Origin: Vicugna vicugna
Taxonomy: Eukaryota
Reading direction: 5' to 3'
DNA length: 64,000 bases
Assembly (NCBI GenBank): GCA_013265495.1
Contig: MU061579.1
Location: 2,043,319 to 2,107,318 of the forward strand
Each line of letters begins with the position of its first letter. The first letter of the stretch is position 1. The notes beneath the pieces were generated by a model. That model saw only the letters and a list, made by a program, of their open reading frames with translations, made no database searches and was not told the DNA's origin. Position numbers and translations under genes: made by a program. Positions 26,790-38,808 of this stretch are shown here, piece by piece.

Positions 26790-26947
26790 CCACCAGGGAG
26801 AGATCCATATCATTTCCACTTATATATCCTTGACCAAAGCAATTCACATGGCCACCCTAACTTCTAAATATATGGATGTGTATTCCTTCCTATGCGTGAA
26901 TGTCATCAGGAATGCACTTTGGTGAATAAGGAATGATGACTATCACA
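26790..26947 (-). mobile_element. Old MLT1 (J/K/L-like) fragment; probable other half at ~22790-22900
   Basis: CCTTGACCAAAGCAATTCACATGGCCACCCTAACTTC...TTTGGTGAATAAGGAATGATGACTATCACA. Confidence 0.55.
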
Positions 26948-27286
26948 GTAATTCTTTCCACTAATGAAGAAGCCACTCATAGTTTGTAGTTGAGTGCAGT
27001 TCTTGTCACATTTCCTGTCCATCCTTCAGGCGTGCTATGAAGGTCAAAGCCATAATGGAAGATGGGGGAATCAAAGTAAGAACACAAAGCAGAAATATAC
27101 AAACAAATTTGAGAGGTTTATGAATATTTACCCATTGGACTCTTTATTAAATAAGTTAATATGTATAAAAAGCCTAGAATTGTCCCTAGTATAATGTAAG
27201 TGCTTAGTTAATATTACCAACTGCTCTTAATCATTGTTCCAAAAATGGTGCTCTACTGACAAAAATTAGGTGATCAATAACCCCCA

Positions 27287-27657
27287 TTGAAAATAGACTT
27301 ACCATGTGATCCAACAGTCCCACTCCTGGGCATATATCCAGAGAAAAACAAAATTCAAAAAGACACATGCACCCCAGTGTTCATAGCAGCACTATTTACA
27401 ATAGCCAAGACATGGAAACAACCCAAATGTCCATCAATAGATTACTGGATAAAGAAGATGTGCTGCATATATACAATGGAACACTACTCAGCCATAAAAA
27501 AGAATAAAATAATGCCATTTGCAGCAATACGGATGGACCTGAAGACTGTCATTCAAAATGAAGTGGGCTGGAAAGAGAAAGAAAACTGCCATATGGCATC
27601 ATTTATATGAAGAATCTAAAAAATAATAACAATAATGATAAGGACACAAATGAACTA
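27287..27657 (+). mobile_element. Young L1 fragment: ORF2 C-terminus and start of 3' UTR
   Basis: Open frame DLPCDPTVPLLGIYPEK..KDTCTPVFIAALFTIAKTWKQPKCPS..WIKKM..YTMEHYSAIKKN is the L1 ORF2 C-terminal domain. Confidence 0.92.
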
Positions 27658-28369
27658 ATTATTATTTTGATTTCTTGACTGTCCTTTATGATTGGATTAC
27701 TGCATTCTGTTGATTCTTATTTTGTAGTTGGCTTTATTCCTTTGATAACTATGTAAGTTTAAAAAGCTAAAGATCTGTTCTTAGAAACAATAATTAGTAC
27801 AGATATGAAAACTAAAAAAAAAAAAATCCTTAAAGAGAGCCTCCTTTTGAAAGCACCGGGATTATGATAATTGTGACCATTTTGTGGCTCATCACACTAT
27901 AACATTATTACTGTGGTGTTGGATCACAAAGATAAAGAAAACATTACAGTAAAGCAGAAGTGAAATCTCAATGAATGGAGTTTTTCCATAAATACTGATT
28001 ATGTGTCATCTTTGGAAATAAAACTCCTTGGATTGAATATTTCCTTCAAAACATTCTAGATTAAATGAAGGGCCCTTGCAAGTTTGTTACCCTTGCTTTG
28101 ATCTGAATAAAGGAGGAGGTACATTTAAATACAGCTCTATTTTGTGTTTCAGTCCAGAGAACTCTGAGCAGACTGTCAGTTAAAATCAGCTACACTGAAG
28201 ACAGATTTTTACAAGAGAGAAACACATAAGATTAATTAAATAAAGTATATAAGCAAGAAAGGTGTGTCTTCTTATGGGTAAAACTGCATGAACTAATTAG
28301 ATCAGTTCTCCATTATAATATAAGGTATTATTTATAATATATCAGAGCAAGGGTTTTCAAATATGAATG

Positions 28370-28710
28370 AACTAAATTGGATCCCCCAGCCTCAGTCACT
28401 TAATAGCTATGATATCTCTTCATTACCTAACCTTCTTAACCTCCTTAAGTTTCAGTGCCCTCATCTTACTATGGATAAAATAATCCCCATAATCTAGTAA
28501 CTTCATAGGCTTATTAGGAAACTTAACCTCCTTAAGCCTCCATATCCTCTTCAATGCTACATGGAAAATAATCTCCATGATGTAATAACTTTAGAGGGAT
28601 ATTATATTAAACTGCAATCCTCAAAGATTAAATGATAACCTTATGGAGTGTGTTAAGAATGGTGTCTGGCACACAGATGAGCCACAATATGATAACAATT
28701 ATCATTATTA
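28370..28710 (+). mobile_element. MIR SINE with internal duplication
   Basis: CTTAACCTCCTTAAG core occurs twice, with an AGAATGGTGTCTGGCACA tail. Confidence 0.65.
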
Positions 28711-28760
28711 AATCTAGTACTGACATTCAGCATATGTTAAATTTGCAAACAGAATACTGA

Positions 28761-29290
28761 TGTTCTAGCCATCTATTGCTGGATAACAAACACCCTGAAA
28801 TTTAGTGGCTTAACACAGTAAACTTTTATTAATATCTCACCCATATCTTGTGGGTCAAGAATTTGCTCAAGGCTCAGGTGCTTGATTCATTGGCTCTATA
28901 TGGAGTTAACTGCGGTGTCAACTACTCAGTGGTATGTAGTTGTCAGATGGAGAGGACAGGAAGGTCCAAAATGCCTTGACTCACACGTCTAGTGCTTTGG
29001 AGGGGATGACTGAAAGTCAGGGCCCATCTGAGACCGTCACCTGCAGTGCCTACATGCCACGAGGCCTTCCCAGCATGATGGTCACAGGATAATGGACTTC
29101 TCACATGGCAGTTTGCAGCTTCCATGAGAGTGCTCTGGATGGGAATTGGCATGGTGTTGCTTCCACTGCATCCTATTGGTAAAACCAGTCACAAACTCTG
29201 CCCACATTCAAGGAGAGGGAACAGAGAATCAACCTCTCAGTAAGAGGAATGACCATGTTTCCAAGGTTACTATAATGACCATCATTACAA
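28761..29290 (-). mobile_element. MaLR LTR MLT1G/H-like
   Basis: TCTATTGCTGGATAACAAACACCCTGAAATTTAGTGGCTTAA...CTTCCACTGCATCCTATTGGT...CCCACATTCAAGGAGAGGGA. Confidence 0.7.
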
Positions 29291-29539
29291 GGTCCACTAG
29301 CAGTTCTTTGTGTCCTAATGTAAGTAGCCCATCGCTATGTATAGGGATTATGTCATGTGACGTGGGGTATACTTGGGTTAGAGCTTTTGGGATGTGGAGC
29401 CTTCCACATGGAGTTTAGCAACATCTGTTCCATCTGTGCATTTACATATTGCAGTGGCTCCTCTCTCACATGTAACATGAAGTACGGTATTTTTCAGTAT
29501 TGTCAGTATGCTCATGAGGTTGATATTTCAGAAAAGACT

Positions 29540-29725
29540 TCAGAAAACTTCTCCTGTTAAGGACCAGATAGTAAATACTTTAGGCTTTGCCAGCCACATG
29601 CTATGACTCTTTTTTGATTGTTTTTAACGACCCTTTAAAGCTGTGGGGAAAAAAAACAATCATGGCATAGGGGCCATACAAAAACAAACCGAGGGCCAGA
29701 TTCGGCTCGCAGGCTGTATTCTGCA
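29540..29725 (+). mobile_element. MER58-like hAT MITE
   Basis: AAACTTCTCCTGTTAAGGACCAGATAGTAAATACTTTAGGCTTTGC...CAAAAACA..GGGCCAGATTCGGCTCGCAGGCTGTA. Confidence 0.7.
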
Positions 29726-30445
29726 CTAAACAAATGAAGAGCAGTACAAGTGTAAATGGCTCCAATTCTAAACTCTGAAAATGCATACAAAGTAGAAATG
29801 AAGATCCTGCAAAGTCTAGGAAATTCAACCCTAAGTCTTTAGAGAAACATTAGGAAAAATAGGGGAAAAATAACTTTTATTAAGAATTTAATTTGTTCCA
29901 GGCACTGTTAGGTTGTCTTATAAAATGATCATATTTCCTCCTCACAACAAACTTAAACGTGGCGTATGGTCCCCATTATATAGATAGTATTAACATACGA
30001 GCTATTTAAAGGCAAGTATTGGATTTTACTTATGTTCAAAATCTAACACAAAGGTAGATGTAAAATAGAATTTAAATACATGTTGGATGAATTGAATCAA
30101 ATGAGAAATATCAGGGCTCAGGGGGGTTCATCAGAATCACAGAGGCTCAGAGTGGAGGTCTTGAATTCAAAGCCAGTTTAATTTCCCAATACTTCTTCCA
30201 ACTCTTTCTCATCGTGCTGCCCCTTTGGCAACTTCTGGCACCAACAATCTGGTCCGAAAATGATTTGTTATAGCATTACGATTATTGTCCTTAGGAAAAC
30301 ATCATTAAGCAGCATTTACCTATAAATTACATTATGTAAAGTCTTAGTATGTATTTTGCAGAACTGAATTTATGATTTGGGGGAATCTTTGATGTCTCAT
30401 GTTTTACTCACTTAGACCACTATATATGCTCTTAACTATTACAAG

Positions 30446-31760
30446 CAAGGACAGAATCAAGTTTTGTAAGGCCTAAAGTTTATGTCATTTCGGTGGCCTT
30501 TCTTAAGAAAATGAATATAAAATAAGATACAAAGATAGGTGCAAACTAAATACTTCTTTACATAAAGTATAAGAAATTCCACAATTTACAAGTCAGTTGA
30601 ATAAAAAGAAAAGTATTGTAGTGTCTCCCCCAAACCCCAAACCTATCATCTAATTAATGGGCTGATATATGTCTATAATACTTCTTTTTGAAACTTTTGG
30701 TATGACCAAAACTTTGGTATGAAAAAAGATACACAGAATCAACCTGAAGTTGACACATAGAAGAGCAGTGGAAATAGATTTTTTCAATGTTGTATTGTAT
30801 CAAGCTTCATAATTGTGTAAACACAACATAGTTTGACATATTGATGAATACTTGTAAGAGTTTGTCTCTGAAACATTTGTTTCTTTAGGATCTCTTTATT
30901 GCATTGGTGGGTACAGAGTGTGTCATTTCATGTCCAACTGCCAGACTTTGTCAAGAGAATATGTGTCAGATGCCCTAACTCTAATACACTGGGATGCAGA
31001 AGTCACCCAACTACACACACACACACACACACTCTCTCTCTCTCTCTCTCTCTCTCAATCTGTTTGCAGTACTGTGTATATTTATACCTTCAAACAGAGG
31101 GATTCTGATAAATTCTGTATTTGTACAATTTCTGCTTAGAAATTTCACACACACATTCCAAAGAAGCGTGTGTTTTTAAATGTATCTTCTGCCTTATTCA
31201 GTTCCTGACAAGAGAGAATTTTTGTTTTAATTAGACATCAATGAGAAGCATATTCTTGATTTGGAATTTTATGCCTAATAATCGGAAGAACTTTCTATAG
31301 ACGTGGTTCTGGCTCAACACACTTAAGCCTTGACTCCACTTTACCACCCATGTATTTCCAGGGAGCCATATAGGGGGATATTCCATCACAGTAGAACTGT
31401 GCCAGGGCAAGCTGGCACAATGGATGTCAAATTCTTAGAAGACATTCTGCACCCTGGTTGTTAGAAATAACTTACGTATAAATAAAAGAGACTGCAAATT
31501 CATAAAAGTACATCTTAACACACCCTAATTAAATGTATCCCCGTCTCAATTTCCCCTTAACTAGATCCCCAACAAGAAGTATGAGAGGAAATTGAAGAGG
31601 AAGGAAGCAGTGTTCTTAACCTTACTCTTGCAAATTTTAAAAACATGTGACTGTGCAACCACATTATTGCATCCTCCGCACCCCCAAGTCTTGGAAGAGG
31701 TGGGTACAAGTGAGAGACCCTGCCCTGAAAGCTGAAGCTTCATTAGCATCACACTGTCTG
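30446..31760. mobile_element. hAT-Tip100-like DNA transposon relic(s) (Zaphod/Arthur-type)
   Basis: Termini resemble GTTTTGT.GGGCCTGAAGCTTAT...CTTTAAGAAAA (30461-30510) and AAGCTTCATTAGC.TCAC (31735-31752). The interior is unresolved. Confidence 0.45.
31013..31056. repeat. (AC)10(TC)12 compound microsatellite
   Basis: Read directly. Confidence 0.93.
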
Positions 31761-32937
31761 AGTCTGCCCAGAAGAGTAATTCAGAAACTGAGGAACACTG
31801 GCCAGGCTGACCAGGACGCCTAAAGAGAATAACTTTGGGGAGTTGAAGGCAATATTGGTTTCCAGACCTTTGCAAAATACTATCTTTATAGGGCAAAATC
31901 AAACAGAAACTGGAACACTGCCTTAGTTTCAGTGACCCTTTTTTTAAGTGTATCACGTTTTTCTCTCACCCTCTCTCCTATGTTTTAAATAAATCTGTTT
32001 TACAAGAAATAGAAGCAAAGCTTCCCATTTGTTAGATGAAAAAGGAAGCTTTATATCCAACGTCATTGAAAAGGCAGTGTAGGTACTATTTCCTCCAAAT
32101 AGGCATGATCAGGCTAACAGAGAGAAACAAGGAAACACTCAGAAACAGAAAGATCTAGTAAACCTATCAGTGCTGAATTCAGATATATACTGTTGATGAT
32201 ACATACTGTTCTTAATCACAGCTGTTAGTTTAATAACACAACAAAACACTTTATATTTTATAAATAAATTAGCCAAATCAAAGGCTTCTATTTACAACCG
32301 TATACTGTTTTTTTAGCTAGTCATTTGGAGACAAAATTGAAAATCATTTATGCACCAAAAACAAGAAATAAAAAGAATAGCCATAGGTACATACATAAAT
32401 ATTATCTTTCCATCTCACTGTAGTCATCAATACTTTATCAAAGTCCTATTCAAAGTGTTAAATGCTATACCAGTTATGAGGAAAAAATAAACTAGACTAA
32501 AATATTTTTTGCAATTCTTAAAAATCACCAGGTACAAATTTATATAGCTTTATTTATACAGCAAGAATTTGCCTTGCCATTGAAACTTGCGTTTCCACCT
32601 GTAATTAAATAGCACAATTGTTGATTTATAGGGACTGTAGTTGAAACCCATATTGTCTATTTGCTAGGCCTTTTAATCCAGCTTGACTTGTATAATTCAT
32701 CATATGAATGAAACATATGATGAATGTGAAACAGGCATTTAGAACATACTACTGCTTTCCAAAGTCATTGTGGGTCTGAAATGCGTTGACAATTTCCAGG
32801 TATTGGTCCCATGTCAGGTTAATAATCAATGTGACTGACAGAGTTGAACAATGATTTCATTTTAGCCATCCACGTTCCTTTTGGAAGTGAACTTCAACTT
32901 CCACTTGGGATTGCCCCGACCTAGTCAGTGGCCTCGT

Positions 32938-32956
32938 CCAGCCACAAGGGGGCCAA
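32938..32956 (+). promoter_or_regulatory. Candidate CTCF site
   Basis: CAGCCACAAGGGGGCCA versus the consensus core CCAC.AGGGGGC, a GC-rich motif in AT-rich unique DNA. Confidence 0.5.
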
Positions 32957-35944
32957 GAAAAATAATCCTATCCTAGGTCCAGAAGTCAGAAGTATTTGGG
33001 GAAAGGTCCCAGAGATACTATATAAGGATCAGCATCCATTATTGGAAAATTCATTGCTGCTAAAGTAGTCAGTCAAATATACTGTATTACGCACCCTAGA
33101 AACATTCTACATTTTGTATTTTCTAAATGCAATGGGTTAAAATTTGATTGGGTGAAGTTTTGTACCAGCTGGTATTGGTAATTAACATAAGAAGCAATCA
33201 AGTTAGCATAGGTCCACACAGGGGCTAAAACTTATAAAGCTAAGTCATAATTTTCAACCATTCTTGGTACAAGCAGGTCGCTTATTTGACTACTCTATTT
33301 ATACAAGCCACTATAATGAAACTGTTGCCCCAAAACCCTTAATATATTATCTAGCTTCGAGGTCATTATTCAGAGTGTGTTTGACATATCCTGCCACAGT
33401 AGTAAAGAAATGCCAAATGTCTCAAGTTCCTGGAAAGGGCATTGGAATGTTCGATTTTACCATAGATAGTGACAGGGAACAGCTTCAGATGGCCACAAAT
33501 AATAGGATATACTGTTTTGGCCTATCAGGGGTCTTTTTTCCCAAAAACTCACCCAGATTTTGCAAAATACTGTTTTCCTCCCATGCTTAGATTTTTGCAA
33601 ATGTATAAAAAATAATATAAAGTTGAAAAGAATCCATAAATTATCTTGTAAACAAAAGATAGTTTGTCAGTTATAGCAACTGACTAGATCTTTATATAAA
33701 TATCTCAAATTATAAATCTATGCTATACTGCATTTATTTTGGCATTTAAAATTTTAGAAATTGAAAAAGAACTCTCAATCTGTGCTAAGCTTAAAGTGAA
33801 ACTTATTTCTGTCAGGTGTCATTTAAAACCAAAAACACTCCATTTAAAAATCACACAGCCTATAAATGAATATTTAGATAAACACTTAAAATTATTTTCA
33901 TGAGTTTCTTTTTCTCTTTAAACAGTTTTTATACTATACTTGTGGAAATGTTTAATAGCTATCCAAATAGGTAGCCAGAATCAACTTAGATTAGTTCTTA
34001 GCTTGTGTTCTTCTTTAATTGATATATTGCAGTATATGGCTTTGCATTGCATGACTTCACGATTTTAAACAGTACAGCTTGTTCTGTTTCTTGGCTGGAG
34101 ACCAATTAAATAACCATTGATGCAAGCAGTTATTACCTGCTTAAAAGGAAATCTGTGGTTTCCTTATTTAAACTGCTGAGTTTTAATGTCCATCAAAAAG
34201 TCTGTTATTGCAATAAATAATTTAGCCATTTCAGTCTACTACACATTTTAATACTACAGGCATGGATTTAAGGCTGCAAGATATGCCTAATGTTTCTCAC
34301 AGTCCCAAAAATCAGAATCATACTTACTGCAAGACAATAGTTATACATATAATTACTATTTGAAATGATATCTGTTTGAAGGACAATCATTTCTGATAAT
34401 CAGTTAGATAAATAAGGTGTATGAAATTTACCAGAATTAGTTGGATAAATAATTGATCGTAAAGATCTCAAAAATAGTTTACACTTTTATGTAAGTGGAT
34501 ACAGAGGACCTTTTTAAAAAAAATGAAAGGTCAATGGATCTGAAGATGTAAGGGTGTCATTTCCTCAGCTTGTCCCTTGGTGGCGATATTGAGTCACTTT
34601 CTCCCTTCCCGACAAAATTGCTTTATATTTCTTTCCAGAACTGGCTATCCTGTTTACTGTATTTAACCTTTTTCTTGTATTATCGTTAATACAGCGCCTA
34701 TAATAAATGAAAGCCCCCAGAGATCATATCTCCGGCTCCTACTTCTTTGTATTCATTCTAACCCATAAACTTTTGTTGTCGTTGTTACTTCTCTCCCTGT
34801 CTTTTCTTGGAGGCTTGAACTACATCACGGACCCTGAATGCTATTTTTCAGCTCAGTCACTGAAATCTTTTAACTGCAAAGCAGTTTTAAGCAAGCAAGG
34901 TTAGTCGGTAGATGTAAAAAGTAAAACCCAAAACTACCAGATATTGTAAGTTAGGCTAAGATACTTGGCATGGAAGAGAAATCGTTGGCTGAACTTTTAT
35001 TAAATGTCTATTAGAATGGGATGGAATTTTATATTCCCTTTTTATCTTGGTTTCAAAGGGACATTTATTTTTTTATTGTCCTTTAAAAAAGGGGGGAAAA
35101 ACACAGAAATTCCCAACATTTCAAAATTCTCTCAAACATTCTGCGATGACGTCCTATCACTGATCATCGCAGCTTTTAGGACACTGATCTCGTTTGCTCT
35201 CCGGTTCTGGCCGCCAAAGCTCCCAGCAGCAGCAACAGCGGGCTCTTTAATTTATTGCAGCCGGTTACACTTTCGATCCCATTTCCTTCTGAACCCTTTC
35301 CTCTCAGGTTGAGAAGATAAATGCAGCCTCGGGTCTGAAAACCCGGGCGGGGTTTGTGGGTGGGAGTGAAGCCGGATATCATATTCCCTTGGTGAGGTCT
35401 AGTACCGGGGGGGATTAAGTCCCCCGGTTCCATTTAATGAAATTGCTGAGCACTTGTGACACTGGCTCTAAGACTGCGGAAATGGGGCGGGGGTGGGGGA
35501 AACGGTTTCTCGCCTCCATTCATCCTCCGCGCCGGCTGGTGGCTAGAGTTGGAGTGTCAGTCCTTAGACAGGGGGCGGAAGAGGATTGGGAGCTCCGGCT
35601 GCGGCAAGGACGCGCCGAGGGCTCCCCTCACCTCGCCCACACCCATACCCCGCCCATGTCCTTCCCTTTCCCAAGAACCGATCGGCTGGGCAAATCTGCC
35701 AACACTCCGGGGCTGCTCCCGGGGAGAGGTCGGAGCCGGGGACCGTGGGGGGAGGGAGGAAAGCCAGGAAGCTTCAGGGCCTCGGCAGCCTGGCCGCGCT
35801 TTTCTCCATGCCGTGCACGTCGGACCCATTTCCCACGCTGGTTTGGCTTGGCGGCGGAGTTGGTAGGGATGAGAGTAGGAAGGAAGGGCTGGAGACTAAC
35901 TCCCATTCGCAATGAGGAAACCACTCTACTGTGAAGGACGCGCT

Positions 35945-35976
35945 GCGCGCGCGCGCACACACACACACACACACAC
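35945..35976. repeat. (GC)6(AC)10 compound microsatellite
   Basis: Read directly. Confidence 0.95.
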
Positions 35977-38028
35977 TCAGGAAAGAAATTTTAAGGGCAC
36001 TGGGGAAAAGCCGCCCACTCTTTTGCCCCGCTCTGGTGTGCGCCTTAAGATTGTGCGCTGGAGCGGTGGGAGAATGTTTGAAGATGCACAGGGGCTTGTT
36101 CAAGTTTATGGTCTGGCAATGCAAGGAGAGCACAACCTATCTGCCCACGCGGCTGCCTGAAGTTTGCAAAATCTTAGTAAAGGTAGCTAGGAGAGTGAGT
36201 GCACTGCACCATATTGCCGCGTATCGGAATGCTCTGGCGCAAGGCCTCAGAGTGGAGCCGGCTTCCCTCTTTTGCCTTGGACCCTGGGAAAAGGGGGACC
36301 GGGTGTCGGGGGAGGCAGGCGTTCGGATAAACCGGAGCTTCTCAAATAAAAGGGGAATTTGGCGTTACTGACACTTAGCCGGCAGCTAGCACGCTGCGGC
36401 GCGGGCCCCCGCCCCCGCCCACCGGCTCCAGACTGCGGCGGTGCGCACTGAGTCTGCGCGCGGGGCTTTTCTCGCTGATGCTGCAGATATAGAACGGAGA
36501 GGCTCTGGTGGAGGCCAGTGGGTAGGGGGTGGGAGGTCTGGGGGCGGAAAGGCCCGGTGCCTGGCCTCGGAGGAGGAGCCGCTACCCCCGCGTGCCGCTG
36601 TTTTAGCAGACTAGAAAATACACGCCAGCTTCCTGGCACATACCTACACACTCCCATCCTCCGCGCCTCTACGATCACCCATAGGGAATGCTTGGAAATC
36701 TCTGCCGCCTCTCCCCCCGTTCCTGCTGGCTGCGCCCGCCTAAACAACCGCGAGATACATCTGCTCGTAGACTTTACTGGTGTTTGTCTTCTTTAAATCA
36801 TTCTGCCTCCTCACACAAGTCTCGTAAAGGCAGAGTACCCACTCTGGACGAATTTCTTTCTCTTTTCTTCTTTTCGCTTTAAATTTTCCTTTAAGAGGAG
36901 GCCCTTCAGTGCCTATAGATTGAGCAGATCAGCTGAGGACCAACCAAATTCCAGCAGCAGCCCCTTTCCTTTTTTGAGGTGGTAAGAATTCTCCCCAGGT
37001 ATTTCCTGCTCACCTCAACCCCCCTTATCCTGGCGGGGCCCGGTTGTTTAACAGCCGCTTAAATAAAGAGTACACGGCTCAGAGTATACAGTTCAGAAAA
37101 CACAGCTAGAATTAAGATTCGATGAGGCCGGCTGCAGTGGCCGTGATTGGAAACTGGGGAAGTCTCGCGTCGGGGGAATACCCTGTACGATCAAGTGGCA
37201 CAAAGTCAAAAGAAGGAGAGAAAAGGAGCTAGGGACACTTCGGTACACAAAGTTGCCATTAAAGTTTATTTCCCTTTTATCCAGATAGGTGACGCTACAC
37301 TTTGCCAGTTACTAAAGGCTGCAGGTTTCTGCTCAGAAAAGAATATCGAGGCTTCCAACATGTGTTTAGTCCCCAGGCGCGCGCACACACACGGTCTACC
37401 CCCGTAAGCAAGCACGATGACAGGAATGCCAAGCATTTAAACAAAGACAGCCCCCCGCCGCCCAACCCCAGCCCTTCTAACTCTGCGCTCCCAAAAAAGG
37501 ATCCCTCTCCCTCTCTCTCTCTGGAGTTTGATGTTCTCTCTTAACCACTGCAGCCCATCATGGTTTCTCAGAACACCAGCGTGGCTCCGTGGGCGCACGC
37601 GGGGTCCCCGAAGCCACAGCTGACCATACCCCAGCCAAGATGCTAAATCGAGAACCACAGACACTTTGAGTGGTGGGGAACATCGTCTGAGAAGGGGGAG
37701 GAGGAGAAACGTTTCCTGACACCCGCTCCAGAGCTCTCACACACGCACTCGGCATTAGTCAGAGCTAGGAGGAAATTTACCAGCCCCACGGAGGGAAAGC
37801 AAGTCCCCCCCGCAACTGGGAGGCCGCGGCTGCACTCACTGAGGAGGGAGAGGGGCAGATTTTGGTTTAAGGGGGACTTGTTAGAATTGTGCACACTTGG
37901 AGTGGCCTCCGAAGCTGAAGCTGGGCTTTCCGGAGCGGGGCGGCTGGTTGGTGCTCCCTCCTCTCTCCCTCCCGCCGGCACTCCTCCCTCCTTCTCTGAG
38001 AGTGTGTAGTTTCCGCGGCTCGGCTGCT

Positions 38029-38029
<1 letters not shown>

Positions 38030-38065
<36 letters not shown>
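38030..38065 (+). repeat. (CCG)12 trinucleotide repeat
   Basis: Perfect 36-bp CCG run read directly. Confidence 0.97.
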
Positions 38066-38611
38066 ACACCGCAGCAGCGTCAGGGACAAGCCTGAGCCGC
38101 GAGCTAGGCAGAGAGCTCCCAGCAGCAACCATCACTTTGGGAAAACTTGAGGGTTTCCGGCTCTCGGCTAGCGAGAGGGAGCTTCCCATTTGCCATTCAG
38201 TGTCTTTGAGCTGAGGCAGCCAAAGGGGCGGCGGGAGCTCCCGCACCAGACTCTCCCAGACAGAAAGGGGGCGAGACAACTGCGGAATTCACCCGCCGTG
38301 CCAGGGCACTTCCGAGGCAACAACCGACTGGCACTTTTTCTCCCCTTGGCAAACTGGATTTCTTTTTTTTTTTTTTTTTAAGCTACTTGGTCTCTGTCTC
38401 TGACTCCACCTCCCCTAACACCCTCCTCCCCGGTGCCTTTTCCTTTTTCTTCAGAAATCCGGACAGAATTGGGCATCTTTGTTAATTGCCGTTGGGGGAG
38501 CCTGGCCGGGGGCTTTCGCCAGGCCAACGTCGCCTGCGCGCCGAGCCTGGTTTGCTCACCTTTGAACTGCAAAGGGATCAAGTTCAGCTCGAGTTGCCAG
38601 CATTGGGACTT

Positions 38612-38808
38612 GGAGGAAGGAGAGAGAGCGTACTAGAGAGAGTGGGAGAAGGGGAAAGGGGAAAGGAGAGGAGGGAGGAGAGAGGAGGAGGAGAGAGAGG
38701 AGAGAGGGAGGGAGGGGAGGGATCGAGAGAGAGAGAAGAGAGAGGGAGAGGGAGAGGGAGAGGGAGAGGGAGGGAGAGAGAGAGAGCGCGCGCGGGGAGA
38801 GAGAGAGG
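38612..38808 (+). repeat. GA-rich polypurine tract including (GGGAGA)n
   Basis: About 200 bp of almost pure purines with few interruptions. Confidence 0.93.

Noticed and set aside
27287..27610. 107-aa ORF as a host gene
   Set aside because: L1 ORF2 C-terminal fragment.
34570..34590. Second CTCF-like motif (CCCTTGGTGGCG)
   Set aside because: Multiple core mismatches in either orientation; too weak without ChIP data.
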